A stretch of DNA of 64,000 nt from Octopus sinensis (taxonomy: Eukaryota), in assembly GCF_006345805.1 (NCBI RefSeq), contig NC_042998.1, forward strand, positions 187,302,001 through 187,366,000, in the 5' to 3' direction. Position 1 is the first letter of the stretch. Each line of letters opens with the position of its first letter. A program made the translations under genes and the position numbers. The notes beneath the pieces were generated by a model, which was given only the letters and a program-made list of their open reading frames with translations, searched no databases and was not told where the DNA came from. Shown in pieces: positions 26,301 through 40,932 of the stretch.

Positions 26301-29300
26301 ATTATCAGCTAAAGAGTAATTAAAAAATATTATTACAGTAATTCCAAGTTTTAAATTTTCCTGGATTAATTACTGTTATTCTCATTGGTTATTAAATTTA
26401 ATTAATATAGTTTTGATATATGCAGAAACAATAGTGGATTAATTAGTTGTGTATTTGTTTGTCCATGGTTTAATTTTCTTATTGTTGTTTCTTGAAGACA
26501 TGATTGGACACTATGAGTTTTCCTCAGTCATAAGGGTCAAGGAGCTTTGCATATTGATGCAAAAAGGATGTCATACATCTTGCAGTTATCAATACTTAAG
26601 AGAAACTTAATTTCCATTCCACAGCACTTGTGCTCATCATACCCATGAAATATATTAGTTAAAAGTGAAAAAAAAATCTTTTCCTCTGAAATGTTCCTCT
26701 TTTGATAAGTTTTTATATTTTTCTGGTCATATCATTTAAATGTGCATATTTACTTGCCATTTGCTTTGATATATTTCATATACCTGCTTAATGGTGCTAT
26801 TTTGCCTACATCTGATGTTTCTAAAATCTATGAGAGGGAGACATTCAAATATGGTAACCAACACATGCCATGCTTATATTTTTTTTTCCTTTTTGCAGCT
26901 TTATTAATGGTTTTGCTGATCTGTAACTATCTTTTCTCCAATTTTCTGTCTTCTCTTTTGCACAGTTGTTTTCTTGGTGAGGATTTAAATTTATAAGGCT
27001 TACTATAACTCCCACATAGAATGTTGACAAATAGGTTATGAGATTGTAGTTTCAATAATTGTGTGTTTTTGTTATCTTGAAGGTTAATAGTTTTCTTTCA
27101 TTATTCCAAATTATTGCTAAGCCTTAGATATTGGCTATAATATCACTATGTCTGCACCTTTATATTTTATGTTTATATTGTGTTGCTGAAAAATTAATAA
27201 AAGTTAATTTGTAATAGTTACTTTTATTTTGTCCACTGTGATCAGAACACATCCAATCCATGGCAGTTTGGAAAAAGTAGACATTAAAATTATGACAGCC
27301 ACTAAAGATTTTGGTGCTTGGAAAATGTAATTCCTGAGATGAGGAATAGACTGCTGCAGTGCTTTATATTTTGATTCAGATTGTAATTTTCTTACAGTCA
27401 GAGATTACTAGGAGGACCGCTGTTGTCCATGCTCTGTATCTTAAAAAGACATTTTAAAATTTCTTTGGATACATTTCTGTTTTAGACATGGCTAAGTAAA
27501 TATAAGAATATTTCATTTCTTTAAATTTCAGGCTGCATGTGATTGGTTGGCCAATGCTTCCGTCATCGGGCTATGCTATCTCTTGCAAGTATATAGCTAT
27601 GTTGCTGGGAACAGCATACATATTCCATCATTGCAGCTTTGTTATATATATTTTTTATTCTTTATATCAAAAGTGAAGCTATTGCTTCTGCTTTGTAGTA
27701 CTATCCTTTAGGTTAATTTTCAGGCCCAGTTGGTTAAAAATAGGAGCCAGACCCTACTCTTTCTTGTTTCAGTTTCCATCTTTATGCTTGTATTTTTCCT
27801 TTTTGCAAATATTACGATTAGTGAAGAAAAATATTCATATATTTCTTATCTCTATATTGTCCTATTTGAGATAAGGTATATTTCTACTTGTTTACAATAT
27901 TGATTTATAAAAAGTGTTCATTTTTGTTTGCATTTGGTGGCACAATATTTTAATATTTATCTCTTGATGAATTCTCCACATAGTACAATATTTCGGGTAC
28001 ATGTTTTTCATTTTAATTGAGTGTGGAAAGAATCCCTGTTGTATGAATATAGGAATAAGAAATGAGAACTTGAGGGAAATAATGTATGATCCTGTGACAA
28101 TCTAATATTGATGGTGAAAAGAAAACATTTTCTCACCAAATGCTATTGATATTGTGAGCAGGTTAGTGAATAGAGAGAAACAGTAAACTAAGGGCTAGAT
28201 TAAATGGTTTACAGTGTTTATATTCAGAGTTCAAATTCCATTGTCATAAACTTTAACTTTTACTCAACACACCAGTTATGTACTGGACTTGATTCAATTA
28301 ACTAATATCTCTTCTACAAATATGTGGCTTTGTGCCAATATCAGAAATCATTACTGCTAGTGATGGTGTTAGTAGTAAATGTATTATTGACTGCTAAACT
28401 TCTTATTTTTCGGAACCTGAAATTCAAATCTCGTCCAACTAAAATTTAAAATTAATGTAATTACATTAAGTTAATCTAGTTATTCATATTTCTGATATTA
28501 GAAAAGCTTGAAGAGGCTAAAGGTACTACCCTTCTTCCACAAACTACCAAACTAATGAAAAAAAAAGAAAAAAAATGCAAGATGTATGTACGTAATACAT
28601 ATTTCAGCTCTGAAACGAGCAGTCAGCTGTAAATTAATCATTTCCACAAGTATATAAAGACGTTCTTTTGTTCTTCAAATAGGTTTTGTGACTCTTTCCT
28701 TCATTGCCAAGAATTCTGAACCTTGACCACTGTGGCACTTCGTCTATTAATATTTGTAATTTATTTTCATCATTAATGTCTAGAACCTATGTAGAATCTT
28801 TTTTTTCTATTTCCCACATGTGGATGCCAGCTTTTGATGTAAGCTTATTGGAATTTCTCTTGCCATATATATTTTTATAGTCTGAAGTCATAAACTTTTA
28901 TTCATTCCTTTCCATTCCTTTTGTTAATATACCCAAAGTACTTATTTGAATTAACAGCATATCTCTCTCTACACACACTCTCTCTCTCCCTTCTCTCTCC
29001 CCCTCTACTCTCTCTTTTTCTACTCTCTACTCTCCTATCTCTCCCTCACACATACACACACAGAGTAGTTTTTTGCAGAAATTTTCCCTTGCCCTTTTTT
29101 TTGTCACAAAGAAACTGATGAATATACATTAGATCTGACTTCACTGAATCTCTGTAGGATATTACATGATGCCCTTTGTAGATTTATCTGATGTAGAGTA
29201 GCATAGTAAAATAATATTAGAATAAGGAACAACTATTAGGAATTAATTGGCTATCATCTGCTGGGCTTCTAATAGGAGTATGAAATCGTACATTAGTTGT

Positions 29301-31006
29301 AAAAGTGGTTGTATGTATGCCATAGGCAGTGTGTATAGGAATAAAAATTTATTACCAAAAGAAAGGCTGACGTTATGCTACATGTTTATTATGTAATAGT
29401 AATTGTTATACTGTTCCTTACACAGTCTTGTTGTGTCAGGAGTTTTTAACCATCTAGTTTGGAGGGAAGGGCCCATAGCCCCTTATTTTTCAGGCCTCCA
29501 AAACTGAGAGAAAGGAGGAAATTGTCCTCAAACTGAGGACCTGAGTGTTCAAAACAGAGTATGCTCTTCTAAAGGTACTCAAAAACCAGGTGGATGCAAC
29601 AGATTAAATCTATCATTCAAGAACTCCTAAGGCAAAAAACTTGAGCAAAATACCACAAGGCATCTCATCTGTTGCTCTAACAACCCTGCTAAGCCATGAC
29701 CCTATTTTATTGGCCAGAATGAATGAAGGGCAAAGATGGCATCAGTAGGGTTTGAACTCAGAGAGCAGTGAACCAGAACAAATATCACTAGTCATTTTAT
29801 CCTCTGTTCTGAGTCTTTCTTTTATAGTAAGACACTTCTGCTTGTTTCTCTATTTCTTTAGCCTCCAAGACTTAATATAAAGCTACCTAACCCTCTCAAA
29901 TATATTACCACTCAGTCCAAGGAGTTTCTTCTTGGCAACTCCACTAGTGCTAGTACTATGAAAAAGGCACCCATTATATGGTAAAGTAGGTAGCGTTAGG
30001 AAATATATCCAGCCATAGAAAATACCAAAGCTGACATTTGGGCCTGATGCAGTTCTGTGGCTTGTCAGACTATCCAGTCCATGCTTTCTTGGGATACAAA
30101 CCTTAAAGGATGGTGGTGATGTAGTGGAGAGTTTCAATTATTGCATTATTTATATGATGCATTGTTCAAGTTCTTTATTCTTTAAAGCCTACACATGTAT
30201 CACTTTTACAGTTATTCATTTATGCTAGTATGGGTTAGATAGTTCTGAAAAGTTTTGGAAACATGCAGGTAACAGATGTATTAAGTGGAGTAAATTTTAA
30301 ATTCAGCAAATATACTAAATCAATATTAAATAATTCTTAGGAGAGAATTGATCCTCTGTATCTGTGGTAGTTATAGTTTGGCTATATAGCATGGAAACAT
30401 ACTAGCTTTTTCACCCCTGTATTATTTTCTTTTTTGCATTTTATTAAAAAAACTTTAAGCAAACTTTTTGAAAGATGAAACTTGTACAGATACAAATTAT
30501 TCTTTTATTTGATTTTCCTTTGTTTCATTCAGTAAGTTCTACCTAATTATATACTTATGCATGCATATGTACATACAAACAAACTATTATATATTTTATG
30601 TTTGCAAACAATACTGACAAGTGACCCACTGCTGTCAAAAAAAAAAAATGCAAATCTCAGCTGTGAAAATTCATTGTTGACAAAATACTTGTTTACAGGT
30701 AATATTTACAAATCTTATTGACAATTCTACTCAAAAACTTATTTACACATGGTACTGAATGCAAAAAGTTTGTTGATAATTATGTCATTTTGTTGAGAAA
30801 CAACTCTAAAATGAAGGGATTATTAAAAAAAAATAAACCATATTTACTGAAATTCTTAATGCAATCACTAAATGCATGTGATAATTTTTAAGCTATTAGT
30901 CAAACTTTTTATCCTTCTGACCCTAATTTTGTCGTATGAAATTATTAAATGTAAGATGGCAAAAAGCTAAAACAGTTTTTCATGTAATTTATTTTTATCT
31001 TTTCAG

Positions 31007-31123
31007 CCACATCCATTTGATGAATGTCGGTTTGACGTCAGCGTCAATGATAATGTATGGTATCTTCGTGCCAAAGATGTTGAAGAAAGGAAATTGTGGG
31101 TTGGTTCTATAGAATTACACAAG
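31007..31123 (+). CDS. CERT1: CERT1 coding exon, C-terminal part of PH domain
   Basis: Polypyrimidine tract + tttcag acceptor, AAG|gttagt donor, 117 nt, phase 0/0. Translates [39 protein letters not shown], closely resembling vertebrate CERT [22 protein letters not shown]...W...IEQHK (from memory). Confidence 0.96.
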
Positions 31124-33279
31124 GTTAGTGTTTGCCCTCCCATCATTTTAATGTTATTAACCCATTCCAATGTGACTTGTCTGTAAAGATAAAGTGAATA
31201 TCTGTATATTTAAGACACTTTTATGCTCACAAAAACCTATCAATGACAATTTCTGTTCTACTTTATTATATTTGCATTTTCCTCTTCAGCAAGATGTCTG
31301 TTCCTGTCCCCCTATCAAACTTTTACCTCTTTCAATACTATACCACACTCAATTGAAGAGTACTTGACCTCACTAGTTCTAGTGCCATAAAAAAAAGTAC
31401 CCAGTACACTCTGGACATTGGGAAGGGCATCCAGCTGTAGGAACCGTGCTAAACCAGACATTACAGCTTGGCACAGCCCTTTGGCTTGTCAGTTCTTGTT
31501 GATCCATTCAACTCATGCAAGTATGGAAAAAGGGATATCAAATATCGCACAAAATTTTGTTCTAAATCTCTTATCGTAGTTTTATCAATTAATTCACCAT
31601 TTTATTTAAATTGGGTTTTATAAAAATATTCTAATAATTCTGAAGCTTATTTACTGCTTAATAGAGGATTTCCAAATTTGCAATGTATCAAAAGAAATAG
31701 AATGATGTTCTTAGAAACTAACCATTATGTATATAGAAGTGCTGCTTGTCTGAACAGTTAATGTTGCTTTAATCTCTTTGATATTGCAAGCGTTTTCTTT
31801 TTTCACTTTTTATTTTACACTATTTGTTTTTATGAAGATTTGTTTTCTTCATTTTACTAATTGCATTGCTTCTTTTCTAACATTAGCCTTTAATTTCCTC
31901 CGTTTCTTTCACTAAATGCTTCTCATTTTCTCACTTTTTTACTCTGTGTTGTCTTTTTGTTGGATTTTTTTTTTTCTTGAGTCTTTTATTTTAATATTTC
32001 TACAGAAGCTATTATTTTACTTGTGTAATTAGTATTTGTAATAAACAATGGTTTTCATTGTTAGAACAAAAATAGTTTGTTTTGTATAATCTTGCTAACA
32101 GTAAATAAACAGTTTTATAGTTTTTCTTTTGTTGTTCACTGTCTCAGAAAATTTTGTGGGTTAGAGTAATGGATCATCATCACCACCCTTTCATTTTTCT
32201 GTATTGACTTGGGTTAGACAGGTCTTCACAATTCAAGCCAATTCTTACTTAGGCAGGTAGGGGTCATGTTTTGCTTGTATGTTCCATTTTTGGCATGGTT
32301 TCTATGGCTGGATGACTCCACCCCCAACTTATTGCCAATCATTTTACAGAGTGCACTGGGTGCTTTGTATTATGGTGCCAATGCCAGAGAGATTGTCTTG
32401 TCGCCAGAAAGACTGAAAAGTTCCCTCTACCCTATGTTATCTCTGACATTCACTAATTACTTCACATAGTTTGAGTAGCACTAGCATTAGAGTTTGTCTT
32501 CAAGATGCCCTTTTCTGTTGCATTGTCTCTGTTCATTTGTTCACCAGCACTGGAAGGTTGTCTTGTTTCTCAAAAGACTAAAGAGTCTTCTTTATTCAGT
32601 ATTGTCTGTGTACATTCATTTCTTTCTATTCCACAAGACTATATGGGAAGAGAACTAGAGTGAGATGGTGATAGAGAAGAGATTAAAGGATGGGGTGGGG
32701 AGAGAGAGAGAGACAGACAGTTATGACCTTTGTTGGTTAAGTTATCAAAGAGAGAGATAGGGTTAGTACTAAAGAAGGATGATGGTAAGAAGGGATTCAA
32801 TGTGTATATGTCAACTGCATTGGCATTTCTTGTTACAAGGTTGTGTTGGGTGAGGTAGTGACAGCAGGGAGCCATTGTTTGGATGTGGGGTGAGTGATCA
32901 GTAAGAAAGTAACACAGTGGTTGGGGAGTGGTTTTTGAAATTTTAATGTATCAGAAGGGATCCAAATGTAAATATTATACGTCCCATTTTCCATTACTAC
33001 CATTAGCATTTTACATCTCTTTCATACTTGAATTGGTCGGGCACAGCCTCTCTAGCACAAGACATCACTGCAACTTGTGACCCCTTGTTATTTTCCTTGT
33101 GGGGTTCACTATCCTGAGATCAGTTTTCACTATTTTGTATTTACCTTGATCTTCCTCGTCCACAGATTCCATCCATTTGGAGTGCTGAGTACTTATTTTT
33201 ATAACTCACTGCCTCCATATGCATCACATGCCCATACTAGCACAGTTTTCTTTATTGCACACTACAACTGATTCCGCTT

Positions 33280-33512
33280 CATCATCATCATCATTTAGCG
33301 TCCGCTTTCCATGCTAGCATGGGTTGGACGGTTCAACTGGGGTCTGGGAAGCCAGAAGGCTGCACCAGGCCCAGTCTGATCTGGCAAAGTTTCTACAGCT
33401 GGATGCCCTTCCTAACGCCAACCACTCCATGAGTATAGTGGGTGCTTTTTATGTGCCACCGGCACGGGGGCTAGGTAAGGCTGGCAACAGCCACGATCGG
33501 ATGGTGCTTTTT
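33280..33512 (-). mobile_element. Family C 3' end
   Basis: (CAT)n-ttagcgtccgctttccatgctagcatgggttggacgg...; reverse complement of the 21905-22210 copy. Confidence 0.88.
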
Positions 33513-34198
33513 ACCTCTCAGTTCATTTGTGCTTTGTTGTCATCCTACACATTAATATGACACATCCAACATAGCATGCTCACTTTGTTTCTTAACACTC
33601 GTTACATATCCTCTGCCTTCGGTGCCCAACTCTTCACACATCATTGTACTTTGTATACAAGCATCATACAATCTGAGCAAGAACTCCTTTGCTGCCAGTC
33701 AAGAAATCCTTTGCTCCCTGAAGTTTTCCCATACTGTTCATAGAAACTATACATTTAGAACACCCACAGCTACTGCTAATTAGGTCACCTAGAGAATAAA
33801 AGCTATTAGCAGCTTCTTGGGAACTTTCCCAACAATTGAGGGAATTTATTTCATATGTACTGTTACTGCTAACTACTTTGTACATCTGCCACATATGATG
33901 TCTATCTTTACTGTAAACCTGCCAGTGGTCCTACTAAATCTCTTTGTCTCTATTAATTACAGTGGGTACACCACATTGAATTCCTACTGGCTTCTTTCAT
34001 ATCAAGCACACCCATTTTCTTCAATGGTAGTAGAATCCTATCTCCTTTCTTGTTAACTAAAACTTTGGTCGTTGTTTCGTTTGCTTTAAGACTTCTCATT
34101 TTTTAAGTTTTTCTTTAAGTGTGGAAATTCCTCTGTAAATTTTTGGCTAATTTAGCTATGTGAACTTGATTATAGGCATACTGGAGTTCTTGCAAACT

Positions 34199-34520
34199 CT
34201 ATGACCAGGAGCACCATAATGAACAAAAGGGAACTGAGTTCTGATGTACATTCCTCTGCATGCTAAATTCTTCTCCAAGTTCTTTGTTAACTCTCACCTT
34301 GCTGACAGCAGCTCTGGACATGTCATGTATGGTTCTCACAAGCCATTCACCTATCATTAATTTTCTTACCAACCACCTGATTATAGAGCATAAAATCTTG
34401 TCAAAGGCTGCCTTCCAGGTCAACAAAGTCATGTATAGTGGCCTACTTCTAGCTAAGTGCTTCTTCCATATTTTCACTAGGAAGTGGATGAGAGCTTCTT
34501 TCCTACATATCAAGCACACC
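34199..34520 (-). mobile_element. RTE reverse transcriptase fragment
   Basis: KAAFDKI...IRWLVRKL.IGEWLVRTI.DM...AVSKVRV...GEEF....VHQNSV (DLEKAFD / GVHQGS motifs). Confidence 0.8.
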
Positions 34521-35010
34521 CACTTTCCCAAAGTTTTCTTTGTTGTTAACTAAAACTTAGCTTTAAGATCTCTCACTCTTAGGTCTTGCTTAAAGTGTGG
34601 AAATTCTGAGCACAAACTTGGACTGTGTCCTGTCTAGGTTAATTCTCTTCTTAATCAATGCTGCTTGTAATTAGTCCTTCAGTAGGTTACATAACCTAGT
34701 CCAGCAATCTGATGCTTCTATAATTGCCTCTCTTCTAAATCATCTTCTTTGCCCTTGTAGCAGTTGATAGTGATACTACTTCCTGCCAGCCATTGGGCGT
34801 GACACTTGACTGACAATACATATAACTAGTTCATTACCTATTCCACCATGTTGTTTTGTCATGTTGCATTATTTATTAGAAGATCTCAACTCGAGGTTTA
34901 TATGCTGTACTATTGCATTGTAAAGCTTCTTTTTGCTGGATTATGAAATGTCTAGTTGGAAAAATATACAGAACTGAACTTGAAACATTCAATGCAGGCA
35001 GATTTATTAA

Positions 35011-35229
35011 CCCTTTAGTATTTAAACTGGCCATATCCGGCCAAAATAGCTAATCTGTTTTACGTTCAAACTGACCAGATCCGGGCTCTCACACTTACCC
35101 TACAATGTTATTCTACATTAAGTAATTACACCATCAAGATCTTGAAGATACGAGATAATGCATGATTAATTCAAATCAATGGGAATCAATAGGCATTATG
35201 TTTGATTGAATAATCTGAACACTAAAGGG
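35011..35229. mobile_element. piggyBac-type MITE
   Basis: TTAA-ccctttagt ... actaaaggg-TTAA, 219 bp. Confidence 0.85.
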
Positions 35230-35989
35230 TTAAGGGCTTTCAAGAAAATTTTGTTACAGAATTCTATATGATGGCAATATTAATTTTACTACACATTTGT
35301 GATACTATAAACAGATTTGTCCTAAATTTCCCTACTTTTGCTATCAATTTTAACACTTTATTTGTACTATCATTACAATATTTTTTTTTATTTTGAATCT
35401 GATAAAAAGGAAAAAAATCAATGAGTGTCACAAAAATACAGTTTTTGGTGCATCTCAAAGGCACTTAGTGATGATTTCATCTCCATTTTATTTATTCCTG
35501 TATATCGATTATTTTTGTTTATGGAAGCAGGAAGGTATAAGTCACTATTTGTACCATTTTTGACAGGGTACCATACTCTGTAATCTGATGTTCACATGTG
35601 TAGATGATTGGTTTATGTGAGCTTGCAAGCCATTCAATAAAATATCTTCAATAAAATGGGAGTTAGCAATGAGTTTAGTGAGGAATTTAGTATTAGGTGG
35701 AGCTCCTATCTCTGTTGATGATCTAGTTGACTCAAAGAATTAGAGAAGAAATTAAAAATGTGGATGTAAAGTCCAGAATCAAATGGTCTCAAAGTAAATT
35801 TTAATGACAAAAGTCCTTGGTAACAAGGAAGAAACCTGGTTTCTACCACCATCAGAACTCAATTTGCAGAAAAGTAGTAGGTAGGAATTCCATATAGTAT
35901 ACCCAGTGTAGACTATAGGAGCACAGGAGATATACTGGAATCATAGGCAGATTGGCAGATTCACAGTAGCAATTAGCAGTAAGAGCACA

Positions 35990-36780
35990 TCATCACCATC
36001 AACTTAATCTGTTTCCCATGCTGGCATGGGTAGGACAGCTTGAGAGGAACTGGCAAGGCCAAGGGCACACCAGTTTCATAGTCTCTTTTGGCTTGGTTTC
36101 TACAGTTGGATGCCCTTCTTTATACCAACCACTTTACAAAGTGTTCTGGGTACTTTTTATGTGGATGCTTTTTACGTGACACCATCAATTCTGTTATGAT
36201 GAGCAGGTCTTGAGAATAGCAATGTGCCACATGTCTTGGTCCTCTGTCATCTCCTTTGTAAGGCTTAGTATTTTGAGTTGGTCTTCTGTACTTTGTCCCA
36301 TGTCTTCCTGGGCCTCTCTTTTCCACAACTTCCTTCCACTTTAAGTGATTGACATTTCTTTATACAACTGTCCTCATCTATCTGCATCATGTGATGAAAC
36401 CAGTGCAGTCTCCCCTCTTTCATACCACATAATTCCTCTTATGCCCAACTTCTCTCTCAATGCGCCAGTATCCTGTCACACATGCTCACTAACATTACAC
36501 ATCCAGAAGAGCATACCAGGGTCATTCTTCTCTAGCCTTCACATGTCCTCTGCATTCAAGGCCTATGTCTTACTACCATGCAGCATCACACAATCTTCCC
36601 TTCATTTGAAGAGGAGAGAGAGAGAGACTTGGTTGCTAACAAGTAAAAACGCCCTGAACTTTCTCCATCCTATTCTTATTTGAGCAATTACACTTTATGT
36701 ACTGCCTCCTCCACTGCTAATTAGGTTACCTTGGTAGCAGAGATTATCTACAACTTCCAGAGAGCCACCTGTGGAATAAA
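35990..36780 (-). mobile_element. RTE LINE 3' portion, decayed
   Basis: Family C tail at 35990-36180, preceded by RGRPRKTW-like and LHGSKTW / MLLWMCNV-like RT C-terminal motifs. Confidence 0.75.
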
Positions 36781-39700
36781 TTCCTTTAAATATCTGTCAG
36801 GCTCCTTAGAAGCAATTGATGCTTTTTGTTATCATTCATAATGGATCCTCTGGTAGCATATAGCTTGAACGAAAACAAGATGGAAACAGTTTAGGTATCC
36901 ATTACTTCTGTCACCAGTTCAAGGATTTTGTCCGTGAGTGAAACAGATTTGAAGCACAATGTTGCATAGTAGCCAAACACTATTACTGATTGTAGAGGAT
37001 TTACAGAGTTTGGAGAGAAATGAAGTGAGCATGTTTTGCTGGAGGTGTACTATTACTTTGCATGAAGAACAGAGCACAAATGAGCCAAGAGAAAAATTGG
37101 GTGCCTCATGAATTAATGTAAGAGAGATGTTTGTGCTGGTAATTGGCATGTAATACATATAGCAGATGTCATTTGAGTAAAGAACTGCTGAGTGATTTAA
37201 TTAGAAGGAACCTGTTGAAAAGGAAAATTGAGGAAGAAAAACATTGGAAGAAGTTTTGAAAGCTAATCTCAAGTGGCTGAACTTCACAAAGGAGATGACA
37301 GAGAATCACAACAAATGTTGTGATGCTATATTAGAGAAGACTCTTCTAACCCATGCAAGCATGGAAAGCAAACATACAATGATGCTCTCAATTCACCCCA
37401 TGTAAGCATGAATAAGAGGACGTTAAATGATAAATATGTTGGTGATGATATCATTATAGAAAGTAAGCTATATTCTTAGAAAATGGGTTGAGTTTTCATC
37501 ACTATTTTCTGTTTTAATCCTGTTTCAATTTAGGGATAGTAAGTGTAGCATTGAGACTACAAGATAGGTGGAAGAAGGCAAGTTGTATGATGCTCTAAAG
37601 TCTGTAGAACTTTGTATACTGAAAAAAAAAAATTAATTAATTTATATCCCATTGAATCTGGTATGTGAATTAAGAGATAGATAAGTTATGACTTAATGGT
37701 TGGATGAAAAATATTGTTTTTGCGATTATATCCATGTTAAGAAAACAAACCATATTTGTTGACTGTCAGAATTTGGTAATAGAAGATACACAAAATAAAT
37801 GTTGGTAAGCAAAATCTGGAAGGAGGTATTATGAACCCTAAAAGGTTTGTCAACAGAGGAAATCATACGCAATTATATGTGGGAAGATCTGATTGAGTGG
37901 AATGTTTTAGCTTCAATAAAGTAATCAAGATGAAATGCTGATGAAGCAATGTCTGTTAGAGGGTGGACTCCTACCCTACCTACACAATTTCATTACATGA
38001 AGTTGATTTGAAGAGATTTGATATAGGGAGATTGCAAGTGTTGGGTAGAATTTTTGTTTTTAATTTTTCAAATAAGTGATACTTGAAAATTTGTAGCATG
38101 TTTTGGGGAAAGAAATATGATCAGTTATTTTTTAGTAATTTTTCGTCATTTTCATATTCTGTTTATCTTTAAAATCAAAATATAAAATTTTACACAAAAT
38201 ATAAAAACAGCAGTCAGTAATACAGTAATTTATTAGTTCAGGAATGTTTACAGTTTGCATAGTTGAAAACATATTTGGATAACAAGTGGAACTTGTACAG
38301 TGTTTTTTTTTTTTTTTTTTTTTTGGAAGGTCAAACAATGTATCATCTGTATTGTTGTTCAGAAGCAAAACTGTTTAAAAAATAGAATGAAAGCTTTAAT
38401 TTTTGTATTCTGAACCTTTGACCTTGTAAAATCATGATAAGCACTGTTTTTTTTTTTTATTTTTGAAAGAGACAGACCAAAATTATTCAAAATGTTTATG
38501 TCATTGTATAAGTATACAGTTGTTTAAAAACTTTATACATATTTACCGTAGCATCTAATTTGCTGCTGATTTTTGTCAGGTTCATATTTACTACAGAATT
38601 GCTGATAACAAAATGAGTCAGTGTTGTATATTTGTAGCTTCTGTACTTTTGCTGGAAATACTACTACATATAAGATGATTATCAACTTTATAGATACACG
38701 CACTAGGTTTCACCTTCCATAATTGTGTTGTGTTTCTTACATTTCATATACTAATGAAGACAATAGTTATTATTGTTATAAATAATTTATGATTTTTAAG
38801 AATGTGTGTAGAGGAAGTATCAGTGAGTGCATTATCGGATCACTGGTTTCTGAACAATGAATTCCTATCTTACTGTAGATATTTTGATGTGTCTATGAGC
38901 AAGAACCTTTCATATTTTTGGCCTTTAGTTTTTTTCTAAATGGAGACTAGGTATTTGTTGTTTGGTCCCAGGTCAACTTTGATGAAACAAATCTATAATC
39001 AAAGGCATTTTTAGTATGACCCTCATCTTTTTTAGGAATTATGTAGGACTACATTATATACTTGAGATAAGCAATTCAAAGGAGAGTTGGCTGCTGTTTT
39101 TAGCAGGTCAAGGACTAAATTACAGTTCCCTCTTTGGCTCATGGAGAAGAGATAGACTAGGAAAACTAACAAAGAGATTGTTTATTAAGTAAATTTATTC
39201 AGTAAATATCTCAATAGATAAGAGATCTTTTCTTCTTGCTTGATGGTTCAGCTTGTTGTTCTCAGCTTGTAAAGCGAGCTGGCAACTAAGTCTGTTTGTT
39301 TATTTGTCTTTTATAATTGAAAAAGCATGTATACACGTGTCTGTTGTTTTTTCCCACATTGGCATGCCGAGTGATAAGATGTTTTTGACTGGATTTTTTC
39401 TAGGAACTATTTCTGAAAAGCATCAGGCCCTTCTAGAGTATGTTACCTAAGAAAGACTAGCATCCTATCCTGAGTGGCAAATCTCACTTGTCCAACAATA
39501 TTAAATCCAGAGATATGCATTAACCTGATTAAGCTTCCAAGATATATTATGTTCATATTTTTGGTGACTTTAATTTCAAGTTAATATGAAGCTTAGATTT
39601 CAATAGGAATACTGGCTAGAATATTGTAATCAGGTTCTTGATTTTTATGAATTTAGCTCCCAGGTACACCCCTCTCTTATTTCTGCATATTCCTGTGCAT

Positions 39701-40209
39701 TTGTGAATCCTCTAGATTGGGAAGATTTACAAAGTTCTATTTACATTGGTTAGTTTTGAAAAAAACGTAAAATAAACAGTTGCAATCATGTTTGTGCATG
39801 CATTGAAAGCACAATCATTATGGTTTTAACTTTAGTTTTAGAAGTTTGTGTGAGTGTATGTATGTGTGTCTATTTGCATATGTGTGTTAGAACTAATTAA
39901 AGTCTTATTTGTAAGCTGTCTGCTCTAACTGGCTGATCTTTTGCACATTGCTTGACCTTTGTACCTTCTTTTAACTACCCAAAACATATTAATCACAAAG
40001 TCTTACTTGTACATAAACACTTATATGTTTACAGTTCTTCCTTATGGTTTAGCTAAAATATCAAAATAATGTTGTAATGGAGAGGAAGATTAATATTGGA
40101 CAGTCACTTTTGTAATATTCTACAAGCATGGATAGTCAAATTAATAGAGCTTCTGTCAACCTCTCAGTATGATTGAGGTTCATATTCTGGCATTGCCAAT
40201 ACAGTGTGA

Positions 40210-40600
40210 CAGTACTTTTTACCTGTTTTGGTCATTGGACTGCGGCCTTGCTGGGGCATTGCTTTAAAGGGTTTTAGTTGAACAAATCAATCCTAGTACT
40301 TACCTTTTTGAAACCTGTTGCTTATTCTACTGGTCTCTTATGGTGAACTGCTAAGTTACAAGGATATAAACAAACTGACACTGGTTGTCAAGTAGTGGTG
40401 AGGGGCAAGTGCAAACACACACACACACACATAGATATATACATGTAAATATAGACACAATGAGCTTCTTTCAGTTTCCATCTTAGCAAACCCACTCACA
40501 AGGCTTTGCTCAACCTAGGGCTGGTGCCACACAGAAGGATTGAAAACAGAACCATGTAGGTGGAAGCAAACTTCTTACTACACAACCATACTGCACCTGC
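40210..40600 (-). mobile_element. Family B SINE, diverged
   Basis: cttctttcagtttcc, ccactcacaaggcttt and cattggactgcggcc motifs. Confidence 0.75.
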
Positions 40601-40932
40601 ATATTTACACTTCTTCATAGTTTTAGGGTATCTAACTGTAGGAGAGAGGAAACAACTCAGTGCTGGAATCAGTAGCAGCAATGTAAAATTTATAAGGGTT
40701 TTGTGGCTTTTCAGTGCTGAGTTATAAATAAAGTTTGAAGATAGTGCATGCCAAAATTAAACACATTGATTATAGTATTTATTCAAAGATCATTAGTTAG
40801 TTATATGATTCAGTTAATGTCCTGATATATTAACTGTAAAAAAAAAAAAAATGTGCCAGTTAAGCTACATGATGGTGTAGTTGGCATTAGTAAAAGTTGT
40901 TCACCAAAACGATTTCTTGGAATGGTCATGTA

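Noticed and set aside
1-31006. CERT exons 1-2 (WTNY.HGWQ / GCRG motifs)
   Set aside because: Not found by eye; presumably upstream of the window, though a missed exon cannot be excluded.
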